In this document: positions 17,907 to 25,538 of the stretch, piece by piece | How positions within the stretch are numbered: position 1 is the stretch's first letter | Layout of the letters: each line of letters opens with the position of its first letter | Source of the DNA: Vulcanimicrobiota bacterium | GTDB lineage: Bacteria; Vulcanimicrobiota; Vulcanimicrobiia; Vulcanimicrobiales; Vulcanimicrobiaceae | Assembly: GCA_963733295.1 (NCBI GenBank) | Contig: CAVTCS010000001.1 | Span: forward strand, 1 to 27,317 | Length of the DNA stretch: 27,317 bases | Reading direction: 5' to 3' | The notes under the pieces: model-generated | Database searches by the model: none | The model's input: the letters and a program-made list of their open reading frames with translations, nothing else | Told to the model about the DNA's origin: nothing | Program-made: the position numbers and the translations under genes

Positions 17907-18389
17907 ATGGACGCGGGAGATCAGCGAGCGCACGCGATTCGCCTTCTTTCGGAGCCGTTGTGGCTCGCGCTCGGGATCGTCGATGAGAACGGCGTGCCGT
18001 CGCTCAGCTACGTGCCTTTCGCACCGGTCGAAGGCGCGCTCGGCATCGTCGTGAGCCGCCTTTCCGCGCACACCGTCAGCCTCTTGGCGCGCCGGCCCGC
18101 CTCCATACTGCTCGTCGACCCCGGCGCCGAGCCCCGCGACGCATATCAGCGCGCGCGACTAACGGTCGGCGTCATCCCCAAACCGCAGGCGGGCGGATCG
18201 GCGAAGGCCGAGGCCGTTTGGTCGGCTCTCGAGGCGCGTCAGGGTGAAACCGTGCGCGTCTTGCACGCGCTGCCTGATTTTGAGGCGATCTCGCTCGAAC
18301 CCAGCGGCGGCCGGATCGTGCTGGGATTCGCCTCGGCCCACGACCTCGAGGCCGCGGCGCTCGTCGATCTCGTCAGAGCTGCCGGCTAG
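17907..18389 (+). CDS. HugZ/HutZ-like pyridoxamine 5'-phosphate oxidase-family split-barrel protein
   Basis: G.P..SYVPF, VSRLSAHT..L, R.RLT, LPDF and GRIVLGFASA resemble HutZ/HugZ heme- or FMN-binding proteins. Confidence 0.8.
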   Translation: MDAGDQRAHAIRLLSEPLWLALGIVDENGVPSLSYVPFAPVEGALGIVVSRLSAHTVSLLARRPASILLVDPGAEPRDAYQRARLTVGVIPKPQAGGSAKAEAVWSALEARQGETVRVLHALPDFEAISLEPSGGRIVLGFASAHDLEAAALVDLVRAAG

Positions 18390-18700
18390 AACCAGATCCC
18401 GAGATCGAATTTCGCGTCTTCGCTGGCCATGGTTCTCGGATCCCAGGGCGGCGTGAACGTTATCTCGACCTTTACCGACTCGACGCCGTCGACCGATTTG
18501 ACCTTTTCTTCGACGGTCTTCTTGAACTCCGGACCGACCGGACACATCGGCGAGGTGAAGGTCATCGTGACCGTCACGTCTTCGTTGCGTTCGCCAGCTA
18601 CCTCGATTCCGTAGATGAGGCCAAGATCGACCATGCCCATCATCAGTTCCGGGTCCTGGACTTCCTTGAGTGCTTCGCGAACCTCGTCTTGACTGGGCAT
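18386..18700 (-). CDS. Metal-sulfur cluster assembly factor (SufT/PaaD/DUF59 family)
   Basis: VQDPEL..MVDLGLIY, MTFTSPMCP and TFTPPW motifs. ATG 18700 follows GGAGGGAG. Confidence 0.92.
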   Translation of the reverse strand: MPSQDEVREALKEVQDPELMMGMVDLGLIYGIEVAGERNEDVTVTMTFTSPMCPVGPEFKKTVEEKVKSVDGVESVKVEITFTPPWDPRTMASEDAKFDLGIWF

Positions 18701-18875
18701 TGGGGCTCCCTCCGGTTTTCTCCGGTATAAGCATTTCGGCGGGTCTTCACGCGGCACCGCTAGCTTACCGAGGGCTATCGCTAGGATGCGAGGGGCATGA
18801 CGTGTATAATGAGGCGCATATCGCGCCGCGCGTTTCAGAGGTCTCGCCGCCGGCCCATCCCGATAGGAGCACCAC

Positions 18876-19064
18876 GTGCCTACTGGCAGATCCCCCTCCG
18901 GTAAAGACCCCTTCACCGAGTCCGCCAACGGCCAAACCGCGGGCAGTTACACGACCGACGGTCAGTATAACCTCGGCGGCTGGTCGACCTATCCGTCCAA
19001 AGACGAGCTCAACATCAGCTCGAAGCGGCCGAGGCCTTTCGGCCCGAAAAACACGCCCAAATAG
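18876..19064 (+). CDS. Small hypothetical protein (62 aa)
   Basis: AGGAG at 18865-18869, 6 nt before GTG. Perfect TATAAT at 18805-18810 upstream. Confidence 0.6.
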   Translation: MPTGRSPSGKDPFTESANGQTAGSYTTDGQYNLGGWSTYPSKDELNISSKRPRPFGPKNTPK

Positions 19065-19089
19065 CGCGGTAGGCGTCGCGTCCGCGCTA
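19062..19089. terminator. Hairpin between convergent genes, possible terminator
   Basis: TAGCGCGG (19062-19069) and CCGCGCTA (19082-19089) inverted repeat. No U-tract. Confidence 0.3.
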
Positions 19090-19113
19090 GGAGCAGCCAG
19101 GGGAGAGCTGGAG

Positions 19114-19410
19114 CTACTTCGGTTTGGGCGAGAAGAACTTGCACCAGCCGTTGGGTGAGATCGATCCTTTGACCAGCTTGCAGGTTCCCGCGGCCGTCGT
19201 CGGATTCTTCGCCGCCGGAATGTAAAGGGCGCAGCCCGAGCACTGATGGCCGCCGTTCGGGTGGGTGACGTAGCCGGCCGCGCTCTGTGCGGTTGTAGCA
19301 GCCGCTTCGGCCTCGGCGCGGAGCGCCGCAAAGGCACCGATTGCGATCGGGGCGATGGCCAGTTTCTCGATCATCCCAAGGCGCGAGATTTTCTTATCAC
19401 CGTCGTTCAT
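19114..19410 (-). CDS. High-potential iron-sulfur protein (HiPIP) with export signal
   Basis: Y...P....QCSGCALY...GTCKLV.G.ISPNGWC..F, four Cys in HiPIP spacing. Signal peptide ends AEA. AGAGGAGG RBS. Confidence 0.92.
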   Translation of the reverse strand: MNDGDKKISRLGMIEKLAIAPIAIGAFAALRAEAEAAATTAQSAAGYVTHPNGGHQCSGCALYIPAAKNPTTAAGTCKLVKGSISPNGWCKFFSPKPK

Positions 19411-19461
19411 GCATGCCTCCTCTTACGTTGAGAGCTTTGCTGGCAAAGTGATTCGTTCCCC

Positions 19462-19839
19462 TTAAGGTGGCGTAGTAATCGCCTGCATTCTTCCGGACGC
19501 ATCCGGCCGCAAGATGGGTGGTCCGGTAAAGATCAGGCGGCGCGCCAGCAGCAATTTATACCAAAATCCGGGGTCGAAGATCGGCGTGCGCGACTCGTCG
19601 CCGGTGCTCACCAGCGCGTAGAGTTCGTAGCTTGCGTTCGGCTTGAGGATCAGCTGCAAGCCGGTGTAACCGCCGCTCGAGGGGCCGGCGCGCGCCTCTT
19701 CGATTTGGCTGTGACGAACGCGCAGGATGATGTCGCCGCCCGGTTCTAGCGGCAGCTCGATTCCTTGCGCCGGAGAGCCGCCCATTTGCCGCACGTAGTC
19801 GTCCGGAACGTAACCGACCAACGAATGCACCGCGCTCAC
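19462..19839 (-). CDS. Hypothetical protein (125 aa)
   Basis: Protein-like composition, fills the intergenic gap, no recognised motif. Confidence 0.6.
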   Translation of the reverse strand: MSAVHSLVGYVPDDYVRQMGGSPAQGIELPLEPGGDIILRVRHSQIEEARAGPSSGGYTGLQLILKPNASYELYALVSTGDESRTPIFDPGFWYKLLLARRLIFTGPPILRPDASGRMQAITTPP

Positions 19840-19898
19840 GAGCTCGTCACCGTCCTATCGCTGCATGGGGGCTAGCGGGTCCCGCCGAAAGTTCGATC

Positions 19899-20429
19899 AT
19901 GTCCGGGGAGCAACCGATCGAATTACCGGGCTTATCCGCGCAGCGAAGCGGGCCGCGGGCCGCCGTATGCGCGGGTGGTCACGTCCTCTCATGGTTCGTC
20001 GAGCCGGACCTGGTTGCCGGAAGATTTTGCGAGAAGTGCGGCGACCCGATCCTCGTCGCGTGTCCGGGATGTAACGCGCCAATGCCCGGTGACGGCGAAA
20101 TGCTCCAGTGGGTGCCGTATCACGAACACTGCTTCGCCTGCGGGAGACCGTATCCGTGGAAAGCGGGTGCGATCGAGCGAACGAAGCGGACGCTCGCGGA
20201 ACAAGCCGAGGCCGGAAAATGGGACGATGCGGTAGCGCAACGCGCGCGCGATCTGATCGACGAAATCGCGGCGGATCGTGCGAGTGCCGTGAGCGTCAGC
20301 GCTGCCGTGAAATGGCTCGAGGGCCGTGGCTGCGAGGGCGTGACCGACACGATCCTCGACGCGGTCGCGCAAATCGGCAGCACGCCGCTCAAGACGGGTC
20401 TGCGGCCGGAGTTCCCGGGCCTCTTTTAA
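19899..20429 (+). CDS. Zinc-ribbon protein, DUF2321-like
   Basis: C..GH, FCEKCG, CPGC and HCFACGRPYPW pattern followed by a helical C-terminal domain. Confidence 0.75.
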   Translation: MSGEQPIELPGLSAQRSGPRAAVCAGGHVLSWFVEPDLVAGRFCEKCGDPILVACPGCNAPMPGDGEMLQWVPYHEHCFACGRPYPWKAGAIERTKRTLAEQAEAGKWDDAVAQRARDLIDEIAADRASAVSVSAAVKWLEGRGCEGVTDTILDAVAQIGSTPLKTGLRPEFPGLF

Positions 20430-20731
20430 TCCGAGTACTCCTCGCCGTTCGCGCGGTAGATGTCCGCCAGCGAGATGGGCGCGACCGGAAACATCGATGA
20501 CGTGATGATCAACATCGCCGCATCCGCGTTCACGCCGTGTTCGGCGTTGTACGCTTCTACCGCTTTTTGGGCCTCGGTGTACTCGGTGCCGTAATCCCAG
20601 TCGGTCGCGGAGAAGCCCGGTTCGAACGCTTTGACGAAAGCCGGGTAAAAATGACGTTCTCCGTCGCTATGGTTTCTCGTCAGGTTCTCGGTGACGAACA
20701 GACAGGCCGGCTTGCCGTCGATCGTGTACAT
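20426..20731 (-). CDS. Hypothetical protein (101 aa)
   Basis: AAGGAGAGG RBS before ATG 20731, protein-like composition. Confidence 0.7.
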   Translation of the reverse strand: MYTIDGKPACLFVTENLTRNHSDGERHFYPAFVKAFEPGFSATDWDYGTEYTEAQKAVEAYNAEHGVNADAAMLIITSSMFPVAPISLADIYRANGEEYSD

Positions 20732-20759
20732 GCGGGACCTCTCCTTCGCGTCAGCTTTA

Positions 20760-21320
20760 CTAGCTTATCATCGAAAAGACTAGGAACCGGATGTGCCGTT
20801 TGACGTTCATCAAGGTGTCCAGCGCGCTCGACGCCTGCGCGAATTCGCCGAGCGCCTCGAACGCTTGCGCCTGGCTCCGCCACGCCTCCGCGAGGAGCAG
20901 TTGCTGGCGTAGGGCCCCGACGCCGTCGGCTTCTTCCGCTCGGCGAACCACCTCTTTCAGTTTCGCGATCGCTCCGTCGTAATTGTGCATCTTGCACAGG
21001 AGTAGCCCATATGCGAGAAACGCCTCGAGCGCTTCTTGGGTGGTCAAATGCAAGGACTCGACGATTTCCACCGCCTCGGCCCGGATGAATTCGGCTTCGG
21101 CCAGCGCGTCGGTGCTTTCGAGTATCCCCGCGTAGTCGCCGAGAATTCGAAAAAGGGCGAGAGAGGTCGGGGGCAACGAGCGGCGCGCGGCGCTCACTTT
21201 GTGGCGCATCATGTCGACGGCCGCCTTGCGCTCGCCGAGCACGACGAGCGTCGAAGCGAGACGATACGCCTCCTCATCGGATACCGTCGGATGCTCGCGC
21301 TTCGAAGTGCGCTCGTTCAT
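20760..21320 (-). CDS. TPR-like alpha-helical repeat protein
   Basis: Repeated AYG...Y..AI..L and A....A....LGE...A helical patterns. Confidence 0.7.
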   Translation of the reverse strand: MNERTSKREHPTVSDEEAYRLASTLVVLGERKAAVDMMRHKVSAARRSLPPTSLALFRILGDYAGILESTDALAEAEFIRAEAVEIVESLHLTTQEALEAFLAYGLLLCKMHNYDGAIAKLKEVVRRAEEADGVGALRQQLLLAEAWRSQAQAFEALGEFAQASSALDTLMNVKRHIRFLVFSMIS

Positions 21321-21454
21321 TTTGTCTGCCCCGCCTGCTAGCCGCCGATCTGCGTGTGGGAAAGAATGCGGCTCGACGATCGACTCACCAGGAGCGTGTC
21401 GCTCCCGGGCACGCCCCTGATGAAATCGTCCTGACTAGCGACGATGCAACTCGT

Positions 21455-22330
21455 TCAGGCGGCGCGCTTGGTGCGGTAGACCCAACCGAGCGTCGCAGCC
21501 GTGAAGAAGAAACCGCCGCAGAAGTTTCCGATGGTTACCGGCAGCTCGTTTCCGATCCACCAGTCGCTCAACGTGATCGGCGCTCCGTAGAGCATGGCCG
21601 ACGGCATGATGAACATGTTGACGACTAAGTGCTCCCATCCCATTCCGAAGAACAGATAGATCGGAACGAAAGTCGCGACGGCCTTTCCGATCAGGGACCG
21701 CGTCGCCATCGGCAATACCACGCCCAAGGTCACGAACCAATTGCAGAGGACGCCCTTGATGAAAGCCGTGAAGTATCCGTAGAAACCGAACGATTGATAA
21801 TGGATTGTTTTGGCCAGTCCGACCTTAACGAGAACGGCGGCTATGCCGGTGGAATCCGGCGCCTTTCCGGTCATGGTGATCGCCGACCAGAGCAAGAACG
21901 CGACCGCTAGGCTCCCGATTAAGTTCGCAACGTAAACCCAGCAGATGCAACTTATAACCTTCCCGAACGACAAGCGCCGCTCGATCCAAGCCAGCGGGAT
22001 GTATGCGAAGTAGCCCGTGGCTAGATCGACCTGGAGAATGTTGATGACGATAAAGCCGAGGGGAAACAGCGCCGAGGCGACGATCGGTGGTAGTCCCTGC
22101 GCGACCCCGAAGAAGGCCATCGCCGTGCCGTAGGCGAGGAACGCGCCCCCGAGCGCGCCGCGAACGAGGATGTGTCCGACCGGGAGATCGCCCTTTGAGG
22201 CCCCGGTCTCGATCATGGTTTGGACTAACTGTTGCGGCTTGACGAAATCGAGAACCGGCACCCCGTCATACGTGCCGGGCGCGTCACCGTGATTTGCAAG
22301 ATCCTGAGTAGACAAGAGCGTTTCCCGCAT
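21455..22330 (-). CDS. Formate/nitrite transporter (FNT) family channel
   Basis: GALGGAFLAYG, FPLGF, DLATG, KGVLCNWFV, GWEHLVVNMF and IGNFCGG FNT signatures. GGAGG RBS. Confidence 0.93.
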   Translation of the reverse strand: MRETLLSTQDLANHGDAPGTYDGVPVLDFVKPQQLVQTMIETGASKGDLPVGHILVRGALGGAFLAYGTAMAFFGVAQGLPPIVASALFPLGFIVINILQVDLATGYFAYIPLAWIERRLSFGKVISCICWVYVANLIGSLAVAFLLWSAITMTGKAPDSTGIAAVLVKVGLAKTIHYQSFGFYGYFTAFIKGVLCNWFVTLGVVLPMATRSLIGKAVATFVPIYLFFGMGWEHLVVNMFIMPSAMLYGAPITLSDWWIGNELPVTIGNFCGGFFFTAATLGWVYRTKRAA

Positions 22331-22600
22331 GAACGACCTCCGCTAGAAACCGAGGTAAAATCTTCCTTATTACAACGCCTTTGGCACAACCTTTACCGGG
22401 GAAGATTCTCGCATCGAAACGCCCTCGCTCCGCACCGCGCGTTCCTCACGAACGAGCGCGATGAAGAAATCCGCCACGTAAAACGACGGGCGCGATAAGC
22501 GTCGATGCCTCGGCCACGCCGAGGACGTCTGTGAACCAGTGCCGGCCGCCGCGGTCGATGCCGACCGCGAACGGCCACGAACTGTGTGGGATGATTTGGA

Positions 22601-23341
22601 CTACAGGCCGCGTGGCAAGTAGGGAACGTCCGGTCCGATTCGCGCGACGTCGGGCGGCGCGGCGTACTGTTTCTTGCGGTTCGTGTACCAGATGACGACT
22701 TGGTACGGCCGGAACAAGTACGGAAGCGGAACGGTGACCACGTGCACCAAGCGCGTGAACGGGAAGAGCGCAAGGATCAGAAACGCGTTCAGCATGTGGA
22801 GTTTGACCGGTATCGGCAGAGCGGTGACGTACTGGAGTTGCGGGTTGAAGACCGCGAGCGACTCAAGCCACGGCACCGAGGTGTGCAGGTACCACTCCGA
22901 GCCCCAGCGGTAGAAGAACGCGATCCAAAATCCGAGCACGACCTGGACGCCGAGCGCCGCAAGAAGCACCCAGTCCATCGCCGTCGTGACGAACCGTACG
23001 CGAGCGCTCGTCAAGCGCCGGACGATCAGAATCGCCAACCCGCATATCGCCATCACCGCGAGCGCGAGGCCCGTGACTTCCATCACGTAGAGACGCGTTT
23101 GGTCGGCGATCAGCGCCGCCCACGCCTTCGGGAACAAGAATCCCAGCGTATGCGGGATCAGGATCAGAATGATCCCGTAGTGCCACATCGTCGATCCCCA
23201 GAACGCCATCCTGTTCTCTAAGAACTGCGAGGATTGGCTCGAGAAAGAGAACCGATCGAAGAAGTAGCGATACAGGCTGCCGAAGACGAAGATCGCGACG
23301 GCCATGTAGGGCCAGACTCCCCAGATAAACGTGTCTGACAT
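22601..23341 (-). CDS. narI: Nitrate reductase / nitrite oxidoreductase gamma subunit (di-heme b membrane anchor)
   Basis: PY, SSQFLE, WHYG, PH, KLH and FPFTRLVH, giving four heme-b His ligands and five TM segments. Confidence 0.95.
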   Translation of the reverse strand: MSDTFIWGVWPYMAVAIFVFGSLYRYFFDRFSFSSQSSQFLENRMAFWGSTMWHYGIILILIPHTLGFLFPKAWAALIADQTRLYVMEVTGLALAVMAICGLAILIVRRLTSARVRFVTTAMDWVLLAALGVQVVLGFWIAFFYRWGSEWYLHTSVPWLESLAVFNPQLQYVTALPIPVKLHMLNAFLILALFPFTRLVHVVTVPLPYLFRPYQVVIWYTNRKKQYAAPPDVARIGPDVPYLPRGL

Positions 23342-23374
23342 GGATTCCTCCGCTTGTTCCGAGCTTCTATGCGT

Positions 23375-24010
23375 TTACGAAACCAGGCGCTCCGGATCCG
23401 GGATGGGTATGTGTTCGAGCTGAACGGGTGCACCGTAGCGCGCTTGAAGAACCAGCATTAGGGCTTGCAGCACACGACGATAGTCGTTGCCTATGTCGAA
23501 GACCTCCGGCACCTCCTGGTCGCCTTCGACTGGTTCGGCCTCGGGTACGAGGGTCATCGGCTCGAGCGTTCGCAACAGTGCTTCCCGGCCGATTTCCACA
23601 TTAGCTTCGGGGTCGTCGGTACATATCGACATGAAGCGCAACAGTACCGCGATGTGATCCGGCAGTTCGACTCCCGGATCGAAACCACGAACCCTGAAAC
23701 GATCTTTGAGTTCGAGCAGCAACGCGCTGCGTTGGTAGGCTTCGCCGAACATGTGATACCCGACGTACGGGTGGCACGACGCGTTCAAATCGAAGGTGGC
23801 GGTGAAGATCTCCTCGATCGTGTCCTGCGCCGTTCGCTCGGCGAACACCACAAACTGACCGAGGAGCTTCGCCGCCTCGGGACTTTCTTCCGCAACGAGG
23901 TCACGGCACTCGCGCGCGGTTTGCGCCACGTCGGAGCGCGGGTACTCGAGCAGATCTGCGAAAAGCTCGAGAACCCGCGACTCGTGGAGCGTGCTCGGGC
24001 CAGCTACCAT
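23375..24010 (-). CDS. narJ: Molybdoenzyme assembly chaperone (delta subunit)
   Basis: LLEYP, F.ATFD, YVGYH.FGE...R and ELPDHI motifs. Start overlaps the narH end. Confidence 0.92.
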   Translation of the reverse strand: MVAGPSTLHESRVLELFADLLEYPRSDVAQTARECRDLVAEESPEAAKLLGQFVVFAERTAQDTIEEIFTATFDLNASCHPYVGYHMFGEAYQRSALLLELKDRFRVRGFDPGVELPDHIAVLLRFMSICTDDPEANVEIGREALLRTLEPMTLVPEAEPVEGDQEVPEVFDIGNDYRRVLQALMLVLQARYGAPVQLEHIPIPDPERLVS

Positions 24011-25505
24011 CTGCGAGCGGGTGCCTCGCGATAGCCGAAACCTGCCGCAGGCTTATGGGTGTACGGATCGAGGGCTTGTTCGATCGCCTCTTCGCGAGCG
24101 AACGCCGGAATGACGAAGCGTTCCTCAAACGTCGGCAACGACGTGAGGTTGAAGATCGCCTCGGCTTCTTCCGGAGTGGTCTTTCCGATTTGGAGCGCCT
24201 CTTCCGCTTCCGCGGCGGAAATGTCCTTAACCCGCTGCGACCGCTTGTACAAGCGGACCGCGATCTGCTTGCGGTAGACCTCTCTGATGATTTCCTCGTT
24301 GCCCGCTGTGAACAAGCTTGCCATGTAGCGAATCGGAATACGAGCTTGCTCGAGCGAACTCAGCATCTGCCCGAGGCCTTCGACGCCCGAACTGTCGTAG
24401 ATGCCCTCTTTCATCTTCCCGAGCACCGGCAACATCGGTGGCACGTAGAACAGCATCGGCAGGGTGCGGAACTCGGGGTGAAGCGGAAGCGCGAGGCCCC
24501 ACTTCTTGACGAACTTGAACACCGGCGAGTTCTGCGCGGCGGTGATCTGCTGATCGGTGACGCCGTTTGCTTTGGCCGCGGCGATGATGAACGGATCGAA
24601 CGGATCTTGAATGATGTTGCGCTGCGCCATCACCAGATCTTCGTCCTTGTTCAAAGCGGCATCCCGAATCCCATCGGCATCGTAGAGCAGCAGCCCTAGG
24701 TAGCGGATGCGCCCGACGCAGGAGTGGAAGCAGGCCGGAGCCTGTCCCGTTTCCAAGCGCGGGTAGCACAGGATGCACTTCTCGGATTTGCCGGTCGACC
24801 AGTTGTAGTACATCTTCTTGTAGGGGCAACCCGAGACGCACATGCGCCAAGCGCGGCACTTTTCTTGGCTGATCAGGACGATGCCGTCTTCACCGCGCTT
24901 GTAGATCGCGCCGGACGGGCACGCACCCACGCAGGCCGGGTTCAGGCAGTGGTTGCAAATGCGCGGCAGATAGAAGAACACGAGGCGCTCGACTTCGTTG
25001 AGCTGTTCGCGCTCGTGATCGGTCAATTTCTCGAGATTTACGTCGTTGCTGGCATAGATCGGCGAACCGCCCAGATCGTCGTCCCAGTTCGGTCCCGCTT
25101 CGATGTCCATCGGTTTCCCGGTGATCAAGGAGATGGGCCGCGCGGTCGGCTGATCGTCACCTTCCGGTGCGTTGAACAGCTCGTCGTACTGGTACGTCCA
25201 CGGCTCGTAGTAGTCGTCGATCGTCGGCAGATGCGGATTGAAGAAGATGTTACCCAAACCTTCGCCCGGCCTTGCAGACGCAAGCGCAGCTTATCGCCGT
25301 CTTTTACCCAGCCGCCCTTGTATTTGTCTTGGTCTTCCCACGTAGTCGGATAGCCCGTGCCGGGCTTGGTCTCCACGTTGTTCCACCACATGTACTCGGT
25401 GCCCTTGCGGTCGGTCCAGATGTTCTTGCAGGCAATACTGCAAGTGTGGCAGCCGATGCACTTGTCGAGATGGAACACCATCGATACTTGCGCGCGTATG
25501 TCCAT
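24004..25505 (-). CDS. narH: Nitrate reductase / nitrite oxidoreductase beta subunit (NarH/NxrB-like, one apparent -1 frameshift near 25259)
   Basis: CIGCHTCSIAC, CNHCLNPACVGACP, CRAWRMCVSGCPY and KCILCYPR...C..SC Fe-S motifs. The frames join at AAG G(G)T TTG GGT AAC. Confidence 0.95.
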
Positions 25506-25538
25506 GTTAGAGGCTCCTTACGATCGACATGATCGGTG

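Noticed and set aside
18701..18928. Long N-terminal extension of the DUF59 protein (ORF 18386..18928)
   Set aside because: A strong RBS precedes ATG 18700, and the extension spans the divergent promoter region.
22382..22396. Sigma54-like TGGCAC-N5-TTAC
   Set aside because: The -12 GC is missing and it points away from the FNT gene.
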